From assembly GCA_017997795.1 (NCBI GenBank), contig JAGOEI010000004.1, forward strand, positions 1-41,272: 41,272 nucleotides of DNA, written 5' to 3'. The position numbers were made by a program, and so were the translations under genes. Source of the DNA: Thauera sp. (GTDB lineage: Bacteria; Pseudomonadota; Gammaproteobacteria; Burkholderiales; Rhodocyclaceae). This document shows, one piece after another, positions 1-14,400 of this stretch; position 1 is the stretch's first letter, and each line of letters opens with the position of its first letter. The notes beneath the pieces are model-generated. The model worked only from the letters and a program-made list of their open reading frames with translations. It ran no database searches and had not been told where the DNA came from.

Positions 1-2
1 CG

Positions 3-365
3 GCCATCCACGGCTACGGTGCGGACGAACCCTCGCACGCCGCGGTGGCGCAGGCGGTGGCGAGCGGCCAGGCCGATGTCGGCTTCGGCATCGAGGCCAG
101 CGCGCGCAGCCGCGGGCTGGATTTCGTGCCGCTGGTCGAGGAGGCCTATTTCCTCGCCTGTCTCAAGTCCACCCTCGACCAGCCCGCCACCCGCGCCCTG
201 CTCGCGCTGCTGCGAACCGCCGCGTGGCAGGAGCGTCTCGCCGGCCTGCCCGGCTACGCGCCGATGCAGAGCGGCGAGGTGCTGTCGATGAGCCGGGTGC
301 TGCCGTGGTGGCGCTTCGGGGGGCGTGATGGCGAGGGCAGGGACGATCGCAAGCTTGATCAATAA
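3..365 (+). CDS. C-terminal part of a PBP-superfamily (molybdate-binding-like) domain protein, probably a ModE/FdsR-type HTH regulator; 5'-truncated by the window edge
   Basis: Frame open from nt 3: AIHGYGADEPSHAAVAQAVASGQADVGFGIEASARSRGLDFVPLVEEAYFL...LPGY, matching the 'H.AVA.AV.SG.AD.G.G...A...GL.F.PL..E.Y' pattern of PBP_like domains. Confidence 0.7.
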   Translation, partial: AIHGYGADEPSHAAVAQAVASGQADVGFGIEASARSRGLDFVPLVEEAYFLACLKSTLDQPATRALLALLRTAAWQERLAGLPGYAPMQSGEVLSMSRVLPWWRFGGRDGEGRDDRKLDQ

Positions 366-434
366 GCCGATGTTTGAATTGAAAAATTCCGTGAAACATC
401 AGCGCGGAACCTGGCCGTTCGGACGCTGAAGGCG

Positions 435-440
435 TAGAAT
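435..440 (+). promoter_or_regulatory. Putative sigma70 -10 element for mnmG
   Basis: TAGAAT 38 nt upstream of the mnmG ATG; no clear -35. Confidence 0.4.
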
Positions 441-478
441 CCTGCCCCTTGTTCACGCATTGCAGCACGGAGCGCACC

Positions 479-2437
<1,959 letters not shown>

Positions 2438-2516
2438 GCGCGCTCGCATCGCGGATGGAAGGCAGGCGCACACATCCCCTTGGGAAGAGCGTGTACAGCG
2501 ACGGGAGGGACGCGCA

Positions 2517-3170
2517 GTGAGCGGACGCCTGCAGCCCTACGCCACCCAGCTCGCCGACGGCATCGCCGCGCTCGGCCTCGTCCTGCCGCAGGAGACCGTC
2601 GACCGCCTGCTCGCTTTCGGCGAACTGCTGCTGAAGTGGAACAAGGTCTACAACCTCACCGCGATCCGCAGCCCGCAGGAGCTGATCACCCATCACCTGC
2701 TCGACTCGCTCGCGGTGCTGCCGCATCTGGCAGCAGTGAATCGTCTGGCCGACATCGGCTCCGGCGGCGGGCTGCCGGGCGTGGTGCTGGCGATCGTGCG
2801 CCCGGGGCTGGTGGTGTCGTCGATCGAGACCGTCGGCAAGAAGGCGAGCTTCCAGCAGCAGGCGAAGATCGAACTCGGGCTGGGCAATTTCACGGTGCTG
2901 AACAAGCGCGTCGAACAGGTGCAGCCGGATGCGCTGCCCGGCGGCGCGCCGGAGGGCGTGATCTCGCGCGCCTTCTCCAGCCTGTCGGACTTCGTCACGC
3001 TCTCCGGGCATCTGGTCGCCGAGGGCGGCGCGCTGTACGCGATGAAGGGGGTGAATCCGGTCGATGAGATCGCCGCCTTGCCCGCCGGCTGGGCGGTGAC
3101 CGCGACCCATCCGCTCGTCGTACCCGGCCTGGACGCGGAGCGTCACCTGCTGGTCATCCGCCGCGCGTGA
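2517..3170 (+). CDS. rsmG: 16S rRNA (guanine(527)-N7)-methyltransferase RsmG (GidB)
   Basis: KWNKVYNLTAI, HLLDSL, DIGSGGGLPG, ISRAF, AMKG, ERHL motifs; follows mnmG. Confidence 0.97.
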   Translation: MSGRLQPYATQLADGIAALGLVLPQETVDRLLAFGELLLKWNKVYNLTAIRSPQELITHHLLDSLAVLPHLAAVNRLADIGSGGGLPGVVLAIVRPGLVVSSIETVGKKASFQQQAKIELGLGNFTVLNKRVEQVQPDALPGGAPEGVISRAFSSLSDFVTLSGHLVAEGGALYAMKGVNPVDEIAALPAGWAVTATHPLVVPGLDAERHLLVIRRA

Positions 3171-3251
3171 TACTGCGTACTGTACCGGCCGGGCGATCGG
3201 GCGGCGCGTTATGGTCTCGCGGGGTCCTGGCGCTGAATCGCGTTCAGGACC

Positions 3252-3326
3252 TCGCGGCTGGCGCCGCTCCTACAGGGTCTTGCCGCGCGGCGTCGGCCGG
3301 AAGGGTGGGAGCGACGCAAGTCGCGA
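3252..3326. repeat. Pair of GTRG-type REP-like palindromes in the rsmG-parA spacer
   Basis: 3252-3273 reverse complement GTAGGAGCGGCGCCAGCCGCGA; 3305-3326 GTGGGAGCGACGCAAGTCGCGA; both are GTRG-GA plus a short GC palindrome. Confidence 0.7.
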
Positions 3327-3481
3327 GTTTTTGCTGTTAGCGGCCGCCTGGACCGGCGCACAAGGGCTCGTGCGGTGGTCCGCTTGAATCTGCGCGGCGC
3401 CTGCTGCACTGCCGCATTGAAGTACACTCCGGGTCGTGCGCCTTGCGCGTAACCCCTGCAAACGGAATAGCCTGAACCGAC

Positions 3482-4252
3482 ATGGCCAAGATTTTCTGCG
3501 TCGCCAACCAGAAAGGCGGGGTGGGCAAGACCACCACCTGCGTCAACCTCGCCGCCGCCCTGCACCACGCCGGGCAGCGCGTGCTGCTGATCGACCTCGA
3601 CCCGCAGGGCAACGCCACCATGGGTAGCGGCATCGACAAGCGCGGCCTGCAGCACTCCGTGTATCACCTGCTGGTCGGCCTGGTCGATCTCGCCGGCGTG
3701 CGGGTGACTTCGCCGACCGGTGGCTACGACGTGCTGCCCGCCAACCGCGACCTCGCCGGTGCCGAGGTCGAGCTGGTCAACCTCGACCAGCGCGAGAAGC
3801 GCCTGCGCAATGCGCTCGCCGCCTTCAAGGACGACTACGACTTCGTCCTCATCGACTGTCCGCCCTCGCTGTCGATGCTCACCCTCAATGGCTTGTGCTG
3901 CGCGACCGGGGTGATCATCCCGATGCAGTGCGAGTACTACGCGCTCGAGGGGCTGTCCGACCTGGTCAATACGATCAAGAAGGTGCACGCCAACCTCAAC
4001 CGCGACCTCAAGATCATCGGCCTGCTGCGGGTGATGTTCGACCCGCGCGTCACGCTGCAGCAGCAGGTGTCGAATCAGCTCGAAGGGCACTTTGGCGACA
4101 AGGTGTTCCGCGCCATCGTGCCGCGCAACGTGCGCCTGGCCGAGGCGCCCAGCCACGGCATGCCGGGGGTGGTGTTCGACAAGGCGGCCAAGGGTGCCCA
4201 GGCCTACATGGCCTTCGCGCACGAGATGATCGAACGCGCGAAGACCTTCTGA
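3482..4252 (+). CDS. parA: Chromosome partitioning ATPase ParA (Soj)
   Basis: Deviant Walker A NQKGGVGKTTT, DLDPQGNAT, IDCPPSL, PMQCEYYALEG, RNVRLAEAPSHG. Confidence 0.97.
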   Translation: MAKIFCVANQKGGVGKTTTCVNLAAALHHAGQRVLLIDLDPQGNATMGSGIDKRGLQHSVYHLLVGLVDLAGVRVTSPTGGYDVLPANRDLAGAEVELVNLDQREKRLRNALAAFKDDYDFVLIDCPPSLSMLTLNGLCCATGVIIPMQCEYYALEGLSDLVNTIKKVHANLNRDLKIIGLLRVMFDPRVTLQQQVSNQLEGHFGDKVFRAIVPRNVRLAEAPSHGMPGVVFDKAAKGAQAYMAFAHEMIERAKTF

Positions 4253-4266
4253 ATTCCGGAGCCGAC

Positions 4267-5118
4267 ATGAACAAACCCAGACTCAAGGGCCTCGGCCGCG
4301 GGCTCGACGCGCTGCTCGCGGCCAACCACGAGGAAGAGACCGACAAGGGCGAACTGCAGTCCCTGCCCACCATCGCGCTGCAACCGGGCAAGTACCAGCC
4401 GCGCACGCGCATGGACCCGGGCTCGCTCGAGGAGCTGGCGGCGTCGATCAAGGCCCAGGGCGTGATGCAGCCGATCATGGTGCGTCCGGTCGGCGAGGAT
4501 GGCTACGAGATCATCGCCGGCGAACGGCGCTGGCGGGCGTCGCAGATCGCCGGGCTGTCCGAGGTGCCCTGCCTGGTGCGCGAGATCCCCGACGAGGCCG
4601 CGCTGGCGATGTCGCTGATCGAGAACATCCAGCGCGAGGACCTCAATCCGCTCGAGGAAGCCGGCGGCATCCAGCGCCTGATCGACGAGTTCGACATGAC
4701 TCACCAGCAGGCCGCCGATGCGGTCGGCCGCTCGCGCCCGGCGGCGTCGAACCTGCTGCGCCTGCTCAACCTTGCTCGCCCGGTGCAGGAGCTGCTGATG
4801 GCGGGCGACATCGACATGGGCCATGCGCGTGCGCTGCTGCCGCTCGACGGCGCCAGCCAGATCCAGCTCGCCAACCAGGTCGCCGCGCGCCAGTTGTCGG
4901 TGCGCGACACCGAGCGTCTGGTGCAGCAGATCCTCAACCCGCGCCAGAAGAAGCCGGTGCTCCAGCCCGACCGCGACCTGCTGCGGCTCGAGGAGGAGAT
5001 CGCCGATGCGATCGGCGCCACGGTGAAGATCAAGGCCAACAAGAAGGGCGCCGGCGAGCTCACGATCCGCTTCGGCAGCCTCGACCAGTTGGACGGCGTG
5101 CTCGGCCGTCTGCGCTAG
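4267..5118 (+). CDS. parB: Chromosome partitioning protein ParB (Spo0J)
   Basis: KGLGRGLDALL, YQPR, IAGERRWRA, ENIQREDLNPLEEA, HTH GRSRPAASNLLRLL; ATG 4267 with GGAG RBS. Confidence 0.97.
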   Translation: MNKPRLKGLGRGLDALLAANHEEETDKGELQSLPTIALQPGKYQPRTRMDPGSLEELAASIKAQGVMQPIMVRPVGEDGYEIIAGERRWRASQIAGLSEVPCLVREIPDEAALAMSLIENIQREDLNPLEEAGGIQRLIDEFDMTHQQAADAVGRSRPAASNLLRLLNLARPVQELLMAGDIDMGHARALLPLDGASQIQLANQVAARQLSVRDTERLVQQILNPRQKKPVLQPDRDLLRLEEEIADAIGATVKIKANKKGAGELTIRFGSLDQLDGVLGRLR

Positions 5119-6458
5119 ACGCCTGCGCGTGCGCCCTCGTCGGCGCGGCGGGCAGTCGCCACGCCGCGCGCCTCGTCGATCGCGAGCAGCGGCAGCAATG
5201 CGAGCGCGAACAGCAGGATGCAGAACAGCACCGCGCCCTGCAACCCGAGCAGCCACTGCAGCAGCCCCACGCCGAAGATGCCGAAGATCGCCGCCAGCTT
5301 GCTGAACAGGCCCCAGAAGCCGAACAGCTCGGCGGCGCGACTTTCGGGCGCGAACATCCCTACCAGCGCGCGCCCGACCGATTGGCTCGAGCCCAGGCTG
5401 AGCCCGGACAACAGGCCGGCAAAGAGGAAGACCTGCTCCGCGCGCAGGGCCAGGCCCAGCCGGGCGTTCAAGTTCGCCGTCATCGGCTCGACGAAGTAGA
5501 TCGCCAGGATCGCCGCAATCCACAGCAGCAGGGTCAGCGCATAGGTGAGGCGTCCGCCGAGCCGGCCCTGCAGCGCGCCGAACAGCACGGCGCCGAGCAG
5601 GGCGGTGATCTGCACGACGATGAACATCAGGTTGCGCGTCGACTCCGTCCACCCGATCACCTGCGCGCCGTAGATGAAGGAGAAGGCGACGATCACGTAC
5701 ACGCCCGCCATCGCGAACAGGATCGACATGAACAGCCAGGCCAGATCCGGAAAGTCGGCCACCGAGCGCACCGTGTGCACCAGGCGCCGGTAGGCGATGC
5801 GCACGACATCCATCCGCAGGCGCTGGCGTTCGCCGATCGCCGGTTCGCGCAGCCAGATGAAGGTCGGAATCGCCGCAACCAGGAAAAAAGCCGCAGCAAA
5901 GGGGCCGACCCAGCGCATGCGCTCGAAATTCTCCGCGCTCGCCTCACCCAGGAACACCAGCACGAAGCCCGCAGAAAGCAGTCCGCCCGCATAGCCGAGC
6001 GCCCAGCCGAGGCCGGAAATGCGCCCGAGTTCGTGACGCTCGCCGAGGAAGGGCAGGAAGCTCGCGATGAAGGATTCGCCCGCCGAGTAGGCGGTGTTCG
6101 ACACCACGATGAGTGCGAATCCCAGCCACACCTGGCCGGGCGCGACGTAGTAGAGCAGCGCCGTGCTCGCGACCGTGAGCAGGTAACTGGCGAACAAAAC
6201 GCGCTTTTTTGCGCGCGCCTGGTCCATGATGGCGCCCAGTAGCGGGGCGCTGAGCACCACCAGCAGGTAGCTCAGGCACAGGGCGAGGCTCCACAGCAGG
6301 TTGCCCAGGCGGTAGTCCGGGGCGTCGCCGACCACGATGCGGGTGTACAGGTCGCCGAAGATCACCGTGATGATCAGCAGCGTGTAAGCCTGGTTGGCGA
6401 AATCGAACATGCACCAGCCGAAGATTTCGCGCCGGCGCGCCTTGCGGGTCTCGATCAT
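5115..6458 (-). CDS. MFS transporter, UMF1/Atg22(BtlA)-like family
   Basis: About 12 hydrophobic segments; 'GWCMFDFANQAY', 'GRISGLGWALGYAGG', 'GSSQSVGRAL', 'AELFGFWGL' match the family signatures. Confidence 0.85.
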   Translation of the reverse strand: MIETRKARRREIFGWCMFDFANQAYTLLIITVIFGDLYTRIVVGDAPDYRLGNLLWSLALCLSYLLVVLSAPLLGAIMDQARAKKRVLFASYLLTVASTALLYYVAPGQVWLGFALIVVSNTAYSAGESFIASFLPFLGERHELGRISGLGWALGYAGGLLSAGFVLVFLGEASAENFERMRWVGPFAAAFFLVAAIPTFIWLREPAIGERQRLRMDVVRIAYRRLVHTVRSVADFPDLAWLFMSILFAMAGVYVIVAFSFIYGAQVIGWTESTRNLMFIVVQITALLGAVLFGALQGRLGGRLTYALTLLLWIAAILAIYFVEPMTANLNARLGLALRAEQVFLFAGLLSGLSLGSSQSVGRALVGMFAPESRAAELFGFWGLFSKLAAIFGIFGVGLLQWLLGLQGAVLFCILLFALALLPLLAIDEARGVATARRADEGARAGV

Positions 6459-6588
6459 GGCTTGCGATTCGTCCGCGACAGGGGCAACGGGTCCGCCTTT
6501 CGAGCGTCAAGTTTTCGGCTCGTGGATGTTACATCTTCTATAAGATATGGGACTTTTGCGAAAACCCATGCTGCGATGCAACCAAGGT

Positions 6589-6617
6589 TTGACTTTGCTG
6601 CGGTTAACCCCTACTAT
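6589..6617 (+). promoter_or_regulatory. sigma70 promoter of the atp operon
   Basis: TTGACT (6589-6594), 17-bp spacer, TACTAT (6612-6617), 54 nt upstream of atpI. Confidence 0.75.
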
Positions 6618-6671
6618 CCGCGGGATTTTAGGCGGTCGCCAGCGTCTCGACACGCATGTGCGATAAACCCG

Positions 6672-7013
6672 ATGCTTAAAGCTGTCATACTGCAGGTGGT
6701 TGCTACACTCATCGCAGTGCTGCTCGCGGGCGCACTGTTCGGTGTACCCGGAGCGATCTCTGCCGCAGGGGCAGGTGTGGCATGTGCGCTGCCGAGTTGG
6801 TTGTTTGCCATGCGCCTGTCGGCGATGGCGCGACGGACCGGCACGGCGAGTGTGACCGCTTTCGTCGCAGGCGAGTTCATCAAGATCGCCTCGATTGTGG
6901 GATTGTTGGTGCTGGTGTGGGCCGTTTATCCTGACCTCCATTGGGGAGGCATGCTGATCGGTCTCATCCTGGCGCTTAAGGCGAATTTGTTTGCATTTTT
7001 GGTAAAGACCTGA
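6672..7013 (+). CDS. atpI: ATP synthase protein I
   Basis: 113-aa four-helix membrane protein (MLKAVILQ...GEFIKI) directly upstream of atpB. Confidence 0.85.
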   Translation: MLKAVILQVVATLIAVLLAGALFGVPGAISAAGAGVACALPSWLFAMRLSAMARRTGTASVTAFVAGEFIKIASIVGLLVLVWAVYPDLHWGGMLIGLILALKANLFAFLVKT

Positions 7014-7015
7014 CC

Positions 7016-7867
7016 ATGGCTACAGAAGGGCACGCCCCCACCGCATCCGAGTACGTCGTTCATCACCTGACGCACCTCAACAACACCGGCCACGCGCAAG
7101 AGAACATCGTGGACTGGAGCGTGATCAACATCGATTCGATGTTCTATTCGATCTCGCTCGGTCTGCTGACCGTCTTCCTGCTCTGGCTCGCCGCACGCAA
7201 GGCCACCTCGGGTGTGCCGGGCCGCTTCCAGGCTATCGTCGAGCTGCTCGTCGAAATGGTCGCCGACCAGGCCAAGGGCATCGTGCATAGCGCCGAGTCG
7301 CGCAAGTTCGTCGCCCCGCTCGCACTCACCGTGTTCGTCTGGATCTTCCTGATGAACGCGATGGACCTGCTGCCGGTCGATCTGCTGCCGCGAATCTGGG
7401 AGGGCGTCTATGCCGCAGGCGGCGGCGATCCGGCTCATGCCTACATGCGCGTCGTCGCCACGGCCGACCTCTCCGCTGCGTTGGGCCTGTCCATTGGCGT
7501 GCTCCTGCTCTGCCTCTACTACAACGTCAAGATCAAGGGCGTGAGCGGCTGGGTGCACGAACTCTTCACCGCGCCGTTCGGCAGCCATCCGCTGCTGTAT
7601 CCGGTCAACTTCGCAATGCAGATCATCGAATTCGTCGCCAAGACCGTGTCTCACGGCATGCGACTGTTCGGCAACATGTATGCGGGTGAGCTCGTGTTCA
7701 TCCTGATCGCCCTGCTCGGCGGCACCGCCACCGTGTTCGGCTTCGTCGGTCATGTTGTTGCAGGCACCATCTGGGCGATCTTCCACATCCTGATCATCAC
7801 CCTGCAGGCCTTCATCTTCATGATGCTGACCCTGGTGTATGTCGGTCAGGCGCACGAGAGCCACTAA
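7016..7867 (+). CDS. atpB: F0F1 ATP synthase subunit a
   Basis: [40 protein letters not shown]. Confidence 0.98.
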   Translation: MATEGHAPTASEYVVHHLTHLNNTGHAQENIVDWSVINIDSMFYSISLGLLTVFLLWLAARKATSGVPGRFQAIVELLVEMVADQAKGIVHSAESRKFVAPLALTVFVWIFLMNAMDLLPVDLLPRIWEGVYAAGGGDPAHAYMRVVATADLSAALGLSIGVLLLCLYYNVKIKGVSGWVHELFTAPFGSHPLLYPVNFAMQIIEFVAKTVSHGMRLFGNMYAGELVFILIALLGGTATVFGFVGHVVAGTIWAIFHILIITLQAFIFMMLTLVYVGQAHESH

Positions 7868-7922
7868 GTTTCGGTTTCACCTTCAAAGCTGTACCTGGTT
7901 TTAAACTCACCTTCCCCACTAA

Positions 7923-8177
<255 letters not shown>

Positions 8178-8224
8178 TCGGTTCGAGTTCATCCTTTTTT
8201 GAACCAACCTGAGGGCCAAGAACC

Positions 8225-8698
8225 GTGAATTTGAACGCAACCCTGATAGCCCAGCTCGTTGTGTTCTTCATTCTGGCGTGGTTCACGATGAAATTCGTGT
8301 GGCCGCCCATCGTGAAGGCACTGGACGAGCGTGCGAACAAGATCGCAGACGGGCTGGCAGCTGCGGACAAGGCCAAGGCCGATCTGGCACTCGCCGAGAA
8401 GAAGGTCGTCGAGGAACTGCGCAAGGCCCGCGAATCCGCGGGTGATGTGCGTTCCTCTGCTGAAAAGCAGGCGAGCCACCTGATCGACGAAGCCCGTGCC
8501 GAAGCTTCCCGCATCATTGCCGCCGCGCGCGAAGCGGCCGAAGCCGAAGCCGGCGCGGCCACGCAGCGAGCCAAGGAAGCCCTGCGCGACCAGGTCGCCC
8601 ACCTGGCTGTTGCCGGTGCAGAGAAGATCCTGCGCCGCGAGATCAACGCCCAGGTGCATGCCGAACTGCTTGCCAACCTGAAACAGGAACTGCACTAA
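8225..8698 (+). CDS. atpF: F0F1 ATP synthase subunit b
   Basis: [10 protein letters not shown]...KFVWPP..ALDER then coiled coil; GTG start. Confidence 0.97.
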   Translation: MNLNATLIAQLVVFFILAWFTMKFVWPPIVKALDERANKIADGLAAADKAKADLALAEKKVVEELRKARESAGDVRSSAEKQASHLIDEARAEASRIIAAAREAAEAEAGAATQRAKEALRDQVAHLAVAGAEKILRREINAQVHAELLANLKQELH

Positions 8699-8701
8699 GT
8701 C

Positions 8702-9235
8702 ATGGCCGAGAACGTCACCATCGCGCGCCCCTATGCCGATGCCGCCTTCGAGCTGGCTCGCGGGGCAGGTGCGCTGGGGCCTTGGTCGGAAGCGCTGGAT
8801 CGGTTTGCCGTCGTGGCAGCCGATCCCAGCATGAAGGCGTGCTTCACTGATCCCAACCTGTCCGCCGATCAGCTCAACAAGCTGATGCTGGATGTGGGGG
8901 GTGATCTGACCGCCGAACAGCAGAACTTCATCCGCGTCCTCGTGGAAAACGAACGTCTGCAGGTGCTTCCGGAGATCCGTGACCTGTTCGTTGCTCTCAA
9001 GAACGAACACGAAGGTGTCCTTGAGGCGGAAATCGCCTCTGCCTTCCCGCTCGACGATGCCACGCTGGCCTCGTTGAAGGCCGACCTCGAAGCTCGCTTC
9101 AAGGCCGCCATCAACGTTACGGTCACTCTCGCCCCCGAACTCATCGGTGGGGTCCGCATCGCCGTCGGCGACGAAGTCATCGACGCCTCGGTCCGCGGCA
9201 AGCTCGCGAACATGGCCGCTGCGCTAAAGAACTAG
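8702..9235 (+). CDS. atpH: F0F1 ATP synthase subunit delta
   Basis: [33 protein letters not shown]. Confidence 0.97.
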   Translation: MAENVTIARPYADAAFELARGAGALGPWSEALDRFAVVAADPSMKACFTDPNLSADQLNKLMLDVGGDLTAEQQNFIRVLVENERLQVLPEIRDLFVALKNEHEGVLEAEIASAFPLDDATLASLKADLEARFKAAINVTVTLAPELIGGVRIAVGDEVIDASVRGKLANMAAALKN

Positions 9236-9249
9236 GAGCATAAATGTCT

Positions 9250-10788
<1,539 letters not shown>

Positions 10789-10809
10789 GGCCGGCGAGGG
10801 AGACGGAAT

Positions 10810-11679
10810 ATGGCTAGCGGTAAGGAAATCCGTACCAAGATCAAGAGCGTGCAAAACACGCGCAAGATCACGAAGGCCATGGAGATGGTGGCCGCGTCCA
10901 AGATGCGCAAGGCGCAGGACCGGATGCGTGCTGCCCGCCCCTTTGCCGAGAAGATCCGCCGACTCGCCGCGAACCTGTCCCAGGCCAATGTGACCGACTA
11001 CAAGCACCCGTTCCTGGTCCGCAAGGACCAGGTCAAGCGGGTGGGCTTGATCCTGGTGACCACCGACAAGGGTTTGTGCGGTGGCCTCAACACCAACGTC
11101 CAGCGTGTCGCGCTCAACGCGATGAAGGACTGGGAGTCCTCGGGCGTGACCGAGATCCGTGCCTGCGCCATCGGCAACAAGGGTCTGGGCTTCATGCAGC
11201 GCATGGGCGCCAAGGTGGTGTCGAACGTCACCCAGTTGGGTGACACGCCGCACCTGGAAAAGTTGATCGGTCCGGTCAAGGTCATGCTCGACGCGTTCCA
11301 GAACGACGAGCTCGACGCGGTGTACGTGGCTTACACCCGCTTCATCAACACGATGAAGCAGGAACCGGTGCTCGAGCAGTTGCTGCCGCTCACCGGCGAC
11401 AAGCTGGGTACGCCCGACAGCTCCTGGGACTACCTCTACGAGCCCGATCCGCAGGTCGTCATCGACGAACTGCTGGTGCGCTACGTCGAGGCGCTGGTCT
11501 ATCAGGCGGTGGCCGAGAACATGGCATCCGAACAGAGCGCGCGCATGGTGGCGATGAAGGCCGCTTCCGACAATGCCAAGACCGTGATTGGCGACCTGCA
11601 GCTGGTCTACAACAAGACCCGCCAGGCAGCGATCACCAAAGAGCTGTCGGAAATCGTCGGCGGCGCCGCCGCGGTGTAA
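10810..11679 (+). CDS. atpG: F0F1 ATP synthase subunit gamma
   Basis: [41 protein letters not shown]. Confidence 0.99.
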   Translation: MASGKEIRTKIKSVQNTRKITKAMEMVAASKMRKAQDRMRAARPFAEKIRRLAANLSQANVTDYKHPFLVRKDQVKRVGLILVTTDKGLCGGLNTNVQRVALNAMKDWESSGVTEIRACAIGNKGLGFMQRMGAKVVSNVTQLGDTPHLEKLIGPVKVMLDAFQNDELDAVYVAYTRFINTMKQEPVLEQLLPLTGDKLGTPDSSWDYLYEPDPQVVIDELLVRYVEALVYQAVAENMASEQSARMVAMKAASDNAKTVIGDLQLVYNKTRQAAITKELSEIVGGAAAV

Positions 11680-11690
11680 CGGATTATTGA

Positions 11691-13106
<1,416 letters not shown>

Positions 13107-13115
13107 TTCGTCCGC

Positions 13116-13141
13116 CTGCGCGGCGCTTCGGTGCCGCGCAG
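13116..13141 (+). other. Stable C(UUCG)G stem-loop in the atpD-atpC spacer
   Basis: CTGCGCGGCGC-TTCG-GTGCCGCGCAG; 11-bp stem with one G-U pair. Confidence 0.7.
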
Positions 13142-13159
13142 ATTTGAAAAGGAAACACT

Positions 13160-13585
13160 ATGGCTATGACGGTTCATGTCGACATCGTCAGCGCGGAAGA
13201 GCAGATCTTCTCCGGGCTGGCCGAATTCGTCGCGCTGCCTGGCGAGGCGGGTGAACTCGGCATTCTGCCCGGCCACATGCCGCTGATGACCCGGATCAAA
13301 CCGGGTGCGGTGCGGGTCAAGGTTCCGAATCAGGCGGAAGAAGAGCTTGTGTTCGTTGCCGGTGGTTTGCTCGAGGTTCAGCCGGGTCTGGTGACGGTGC
13401 TCGCCGATACGGCGATCCGTGGTCACGATCTGGACGAAGCAAAGGCGCTCGAAGCCAAGAAGAAAGCCGAAGAGGCGATGGCCAACCAGAGCGCCCGTCT
13501 GGACTACGCCAAGGCCCAGGCCGAACTCATGGAAGCGGTGGCACAGCTCGCCGCCATCCAGCGCCTGCGCAAGCGCGGTCACTGA
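13160..13585 (+). CDS. atpC: F0F1 ATP synthase subunit epsilon
   Basis: [42 protein letters not shown]. Confidence 0.98.
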   Translation: MAMTVHVDIVSAEEQIFSGLAEFVALPGEAGELGILPGHMPLMTRIKPGAVRVKVPNQAEEELVFVAGGLLEVQPGLVTVLADTAIRGHDLDEAKALEAKKKAEEAMANQSARLDYAKAQAELMEAVAQLAAIQRLRKRGH

Positions 13586-13615
13586 TCGACGCGGCTCGTT
13601 CGCGGGCCGTACAAC

Positions 13616-13646
13616 AAAAAAGCAGCTCGACGAGCTGCTTTTTTTT
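13616..13646. terminator. Bidirectional Rho-independent terminator between atpC and ubiJ
   Basis: AAAAAAGCAGCTCG-A-CGAGCTGCTTTTTTTT: GC stem flanked by A- and T-tracts between convergent genes. Confidence 0.9.
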
Positions 13647-13705
13647 CGACCCTATCCCGCTCCGCCGCCGCGATATGGCGGTTCGACGTACGGCGGGCAG
13701 CGCAC

Positions 13706-14284
13706 TCAGCGCTTTTCGAGCCGCGCGACGCGCTTGTCCAGGCGCGCAACCGCATCGCGCAGTGCAACCACCTCCTGAGCGAATGCGGGTAGCGCCGCAC
13801 GTGGCACGAGCACGGGCGACTCCTCGGTCAGGTATTCGGCGACGCTGCCGCCGGCACGCTCGAGCGAGCGGCGACCCTCGGTGGCGATCCGTCGTCCGCC
13901 ATCGACCAGGCGATGTGCCGCGATGTCACCGACCACGCGCGACAAATCCTCCTCCGCGTCCCAGCGCAGGTGGCGGAAGACGAAGCCGAGCGCTTCGGCA
14001 AACTCGGCATTGCCTTCGATGCGTACGTGCCGCATCGCCGACTCCATCCCGCCCGCAAGCAACTGTGGCAGCTCCGCCACTGCAAGCCGCAGGCATACCT
14101 CGGGCGCGTCCTCGCCGCTCCATTCGGCCAACTGACCTTCTGCCGAGATCGAGAAGTCGATCTCGGCGACCGGGGCCAGCTCGAGGCGCGCGGTGCGTCC
14201 GGCGTGGCCCTGCAGGCGTTGGCGCGCCCAGCCCGCCTGCGCGAGCAGGTGGTTGGTGGCGGACAGGAAGAGGCTGGACAGCAT
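13706..14284 (-). CDS. ubiJ: Ubiquinone biosynthesis accessory factor UbiJ (SCP2 domain)
   Basis: NHLLAQAGWARQRL, IEGNAEFA, LRWDAEEDLSRVVGDIAAHR, EYLTEE, LRDAVARLDKRVARL; in the ubiE cluster. Confidence 0.88.
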   Translation of the reverse strand: MLSSLFLSATNHLLAQAGWARQRLQGHAGRTARLELAPVAEIDFSISAEGQLAEWSGEDAPEVCLRLAVAELPQLLAGGMESAMRHVRIEGNAEFAEALGFVFRHLRWDAEEDLSRVVGDIAAHRLVDGGRRIATEGRRSLERAGGSVAEYLTEESPVLVPRAALPAFAQEVVALRDAVARLDKRVARLEKR

Positions 14285-14324
14285 GATGATGCTCCCGTTG
14301 GCGTTTGCCTGATGAGACGACGTG

Positions 14325-14381
14325 AAAAGGGCCTGCCGCAGCCTCGATTCGCCCGTGGGCGAAGGAGGTGCAGGCAGGCCC
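14325..14381 (-). terminator. Long hairpin followed by a short U-tract (minus strand) between the Tim44 gene and ubiJ
   Basis: GGGCCTGCC...TTCGCCC-GT-GGGCGAA...GGCAGGCCC (14329-14381) preceded by AAAA on the plus strand. Confidence 0.5.
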
Positions 14382-14400
14382 GCGTTTGTGGCGCTGACGC

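Noticed and set aside
359-478. Possible oriC upstream of mnmG/gidA, as in E. coli
   Set aside because: Spacer is only about 110 bp, with no TTATCCACA-type DnaA box cluster or DUE repeats.
14294-14331. Hammerhead-ribozyme-like core CTGATGA-G...T-GAAA on the plus strand
   Set aside because: The implied cleavage triplet is UUG (not NUH), stem I has 2 bp, stem II is a single G-U pair, and it lies antisense to the ubi genes. Most likely chance; an Infernal hammerhead scan would settle it.
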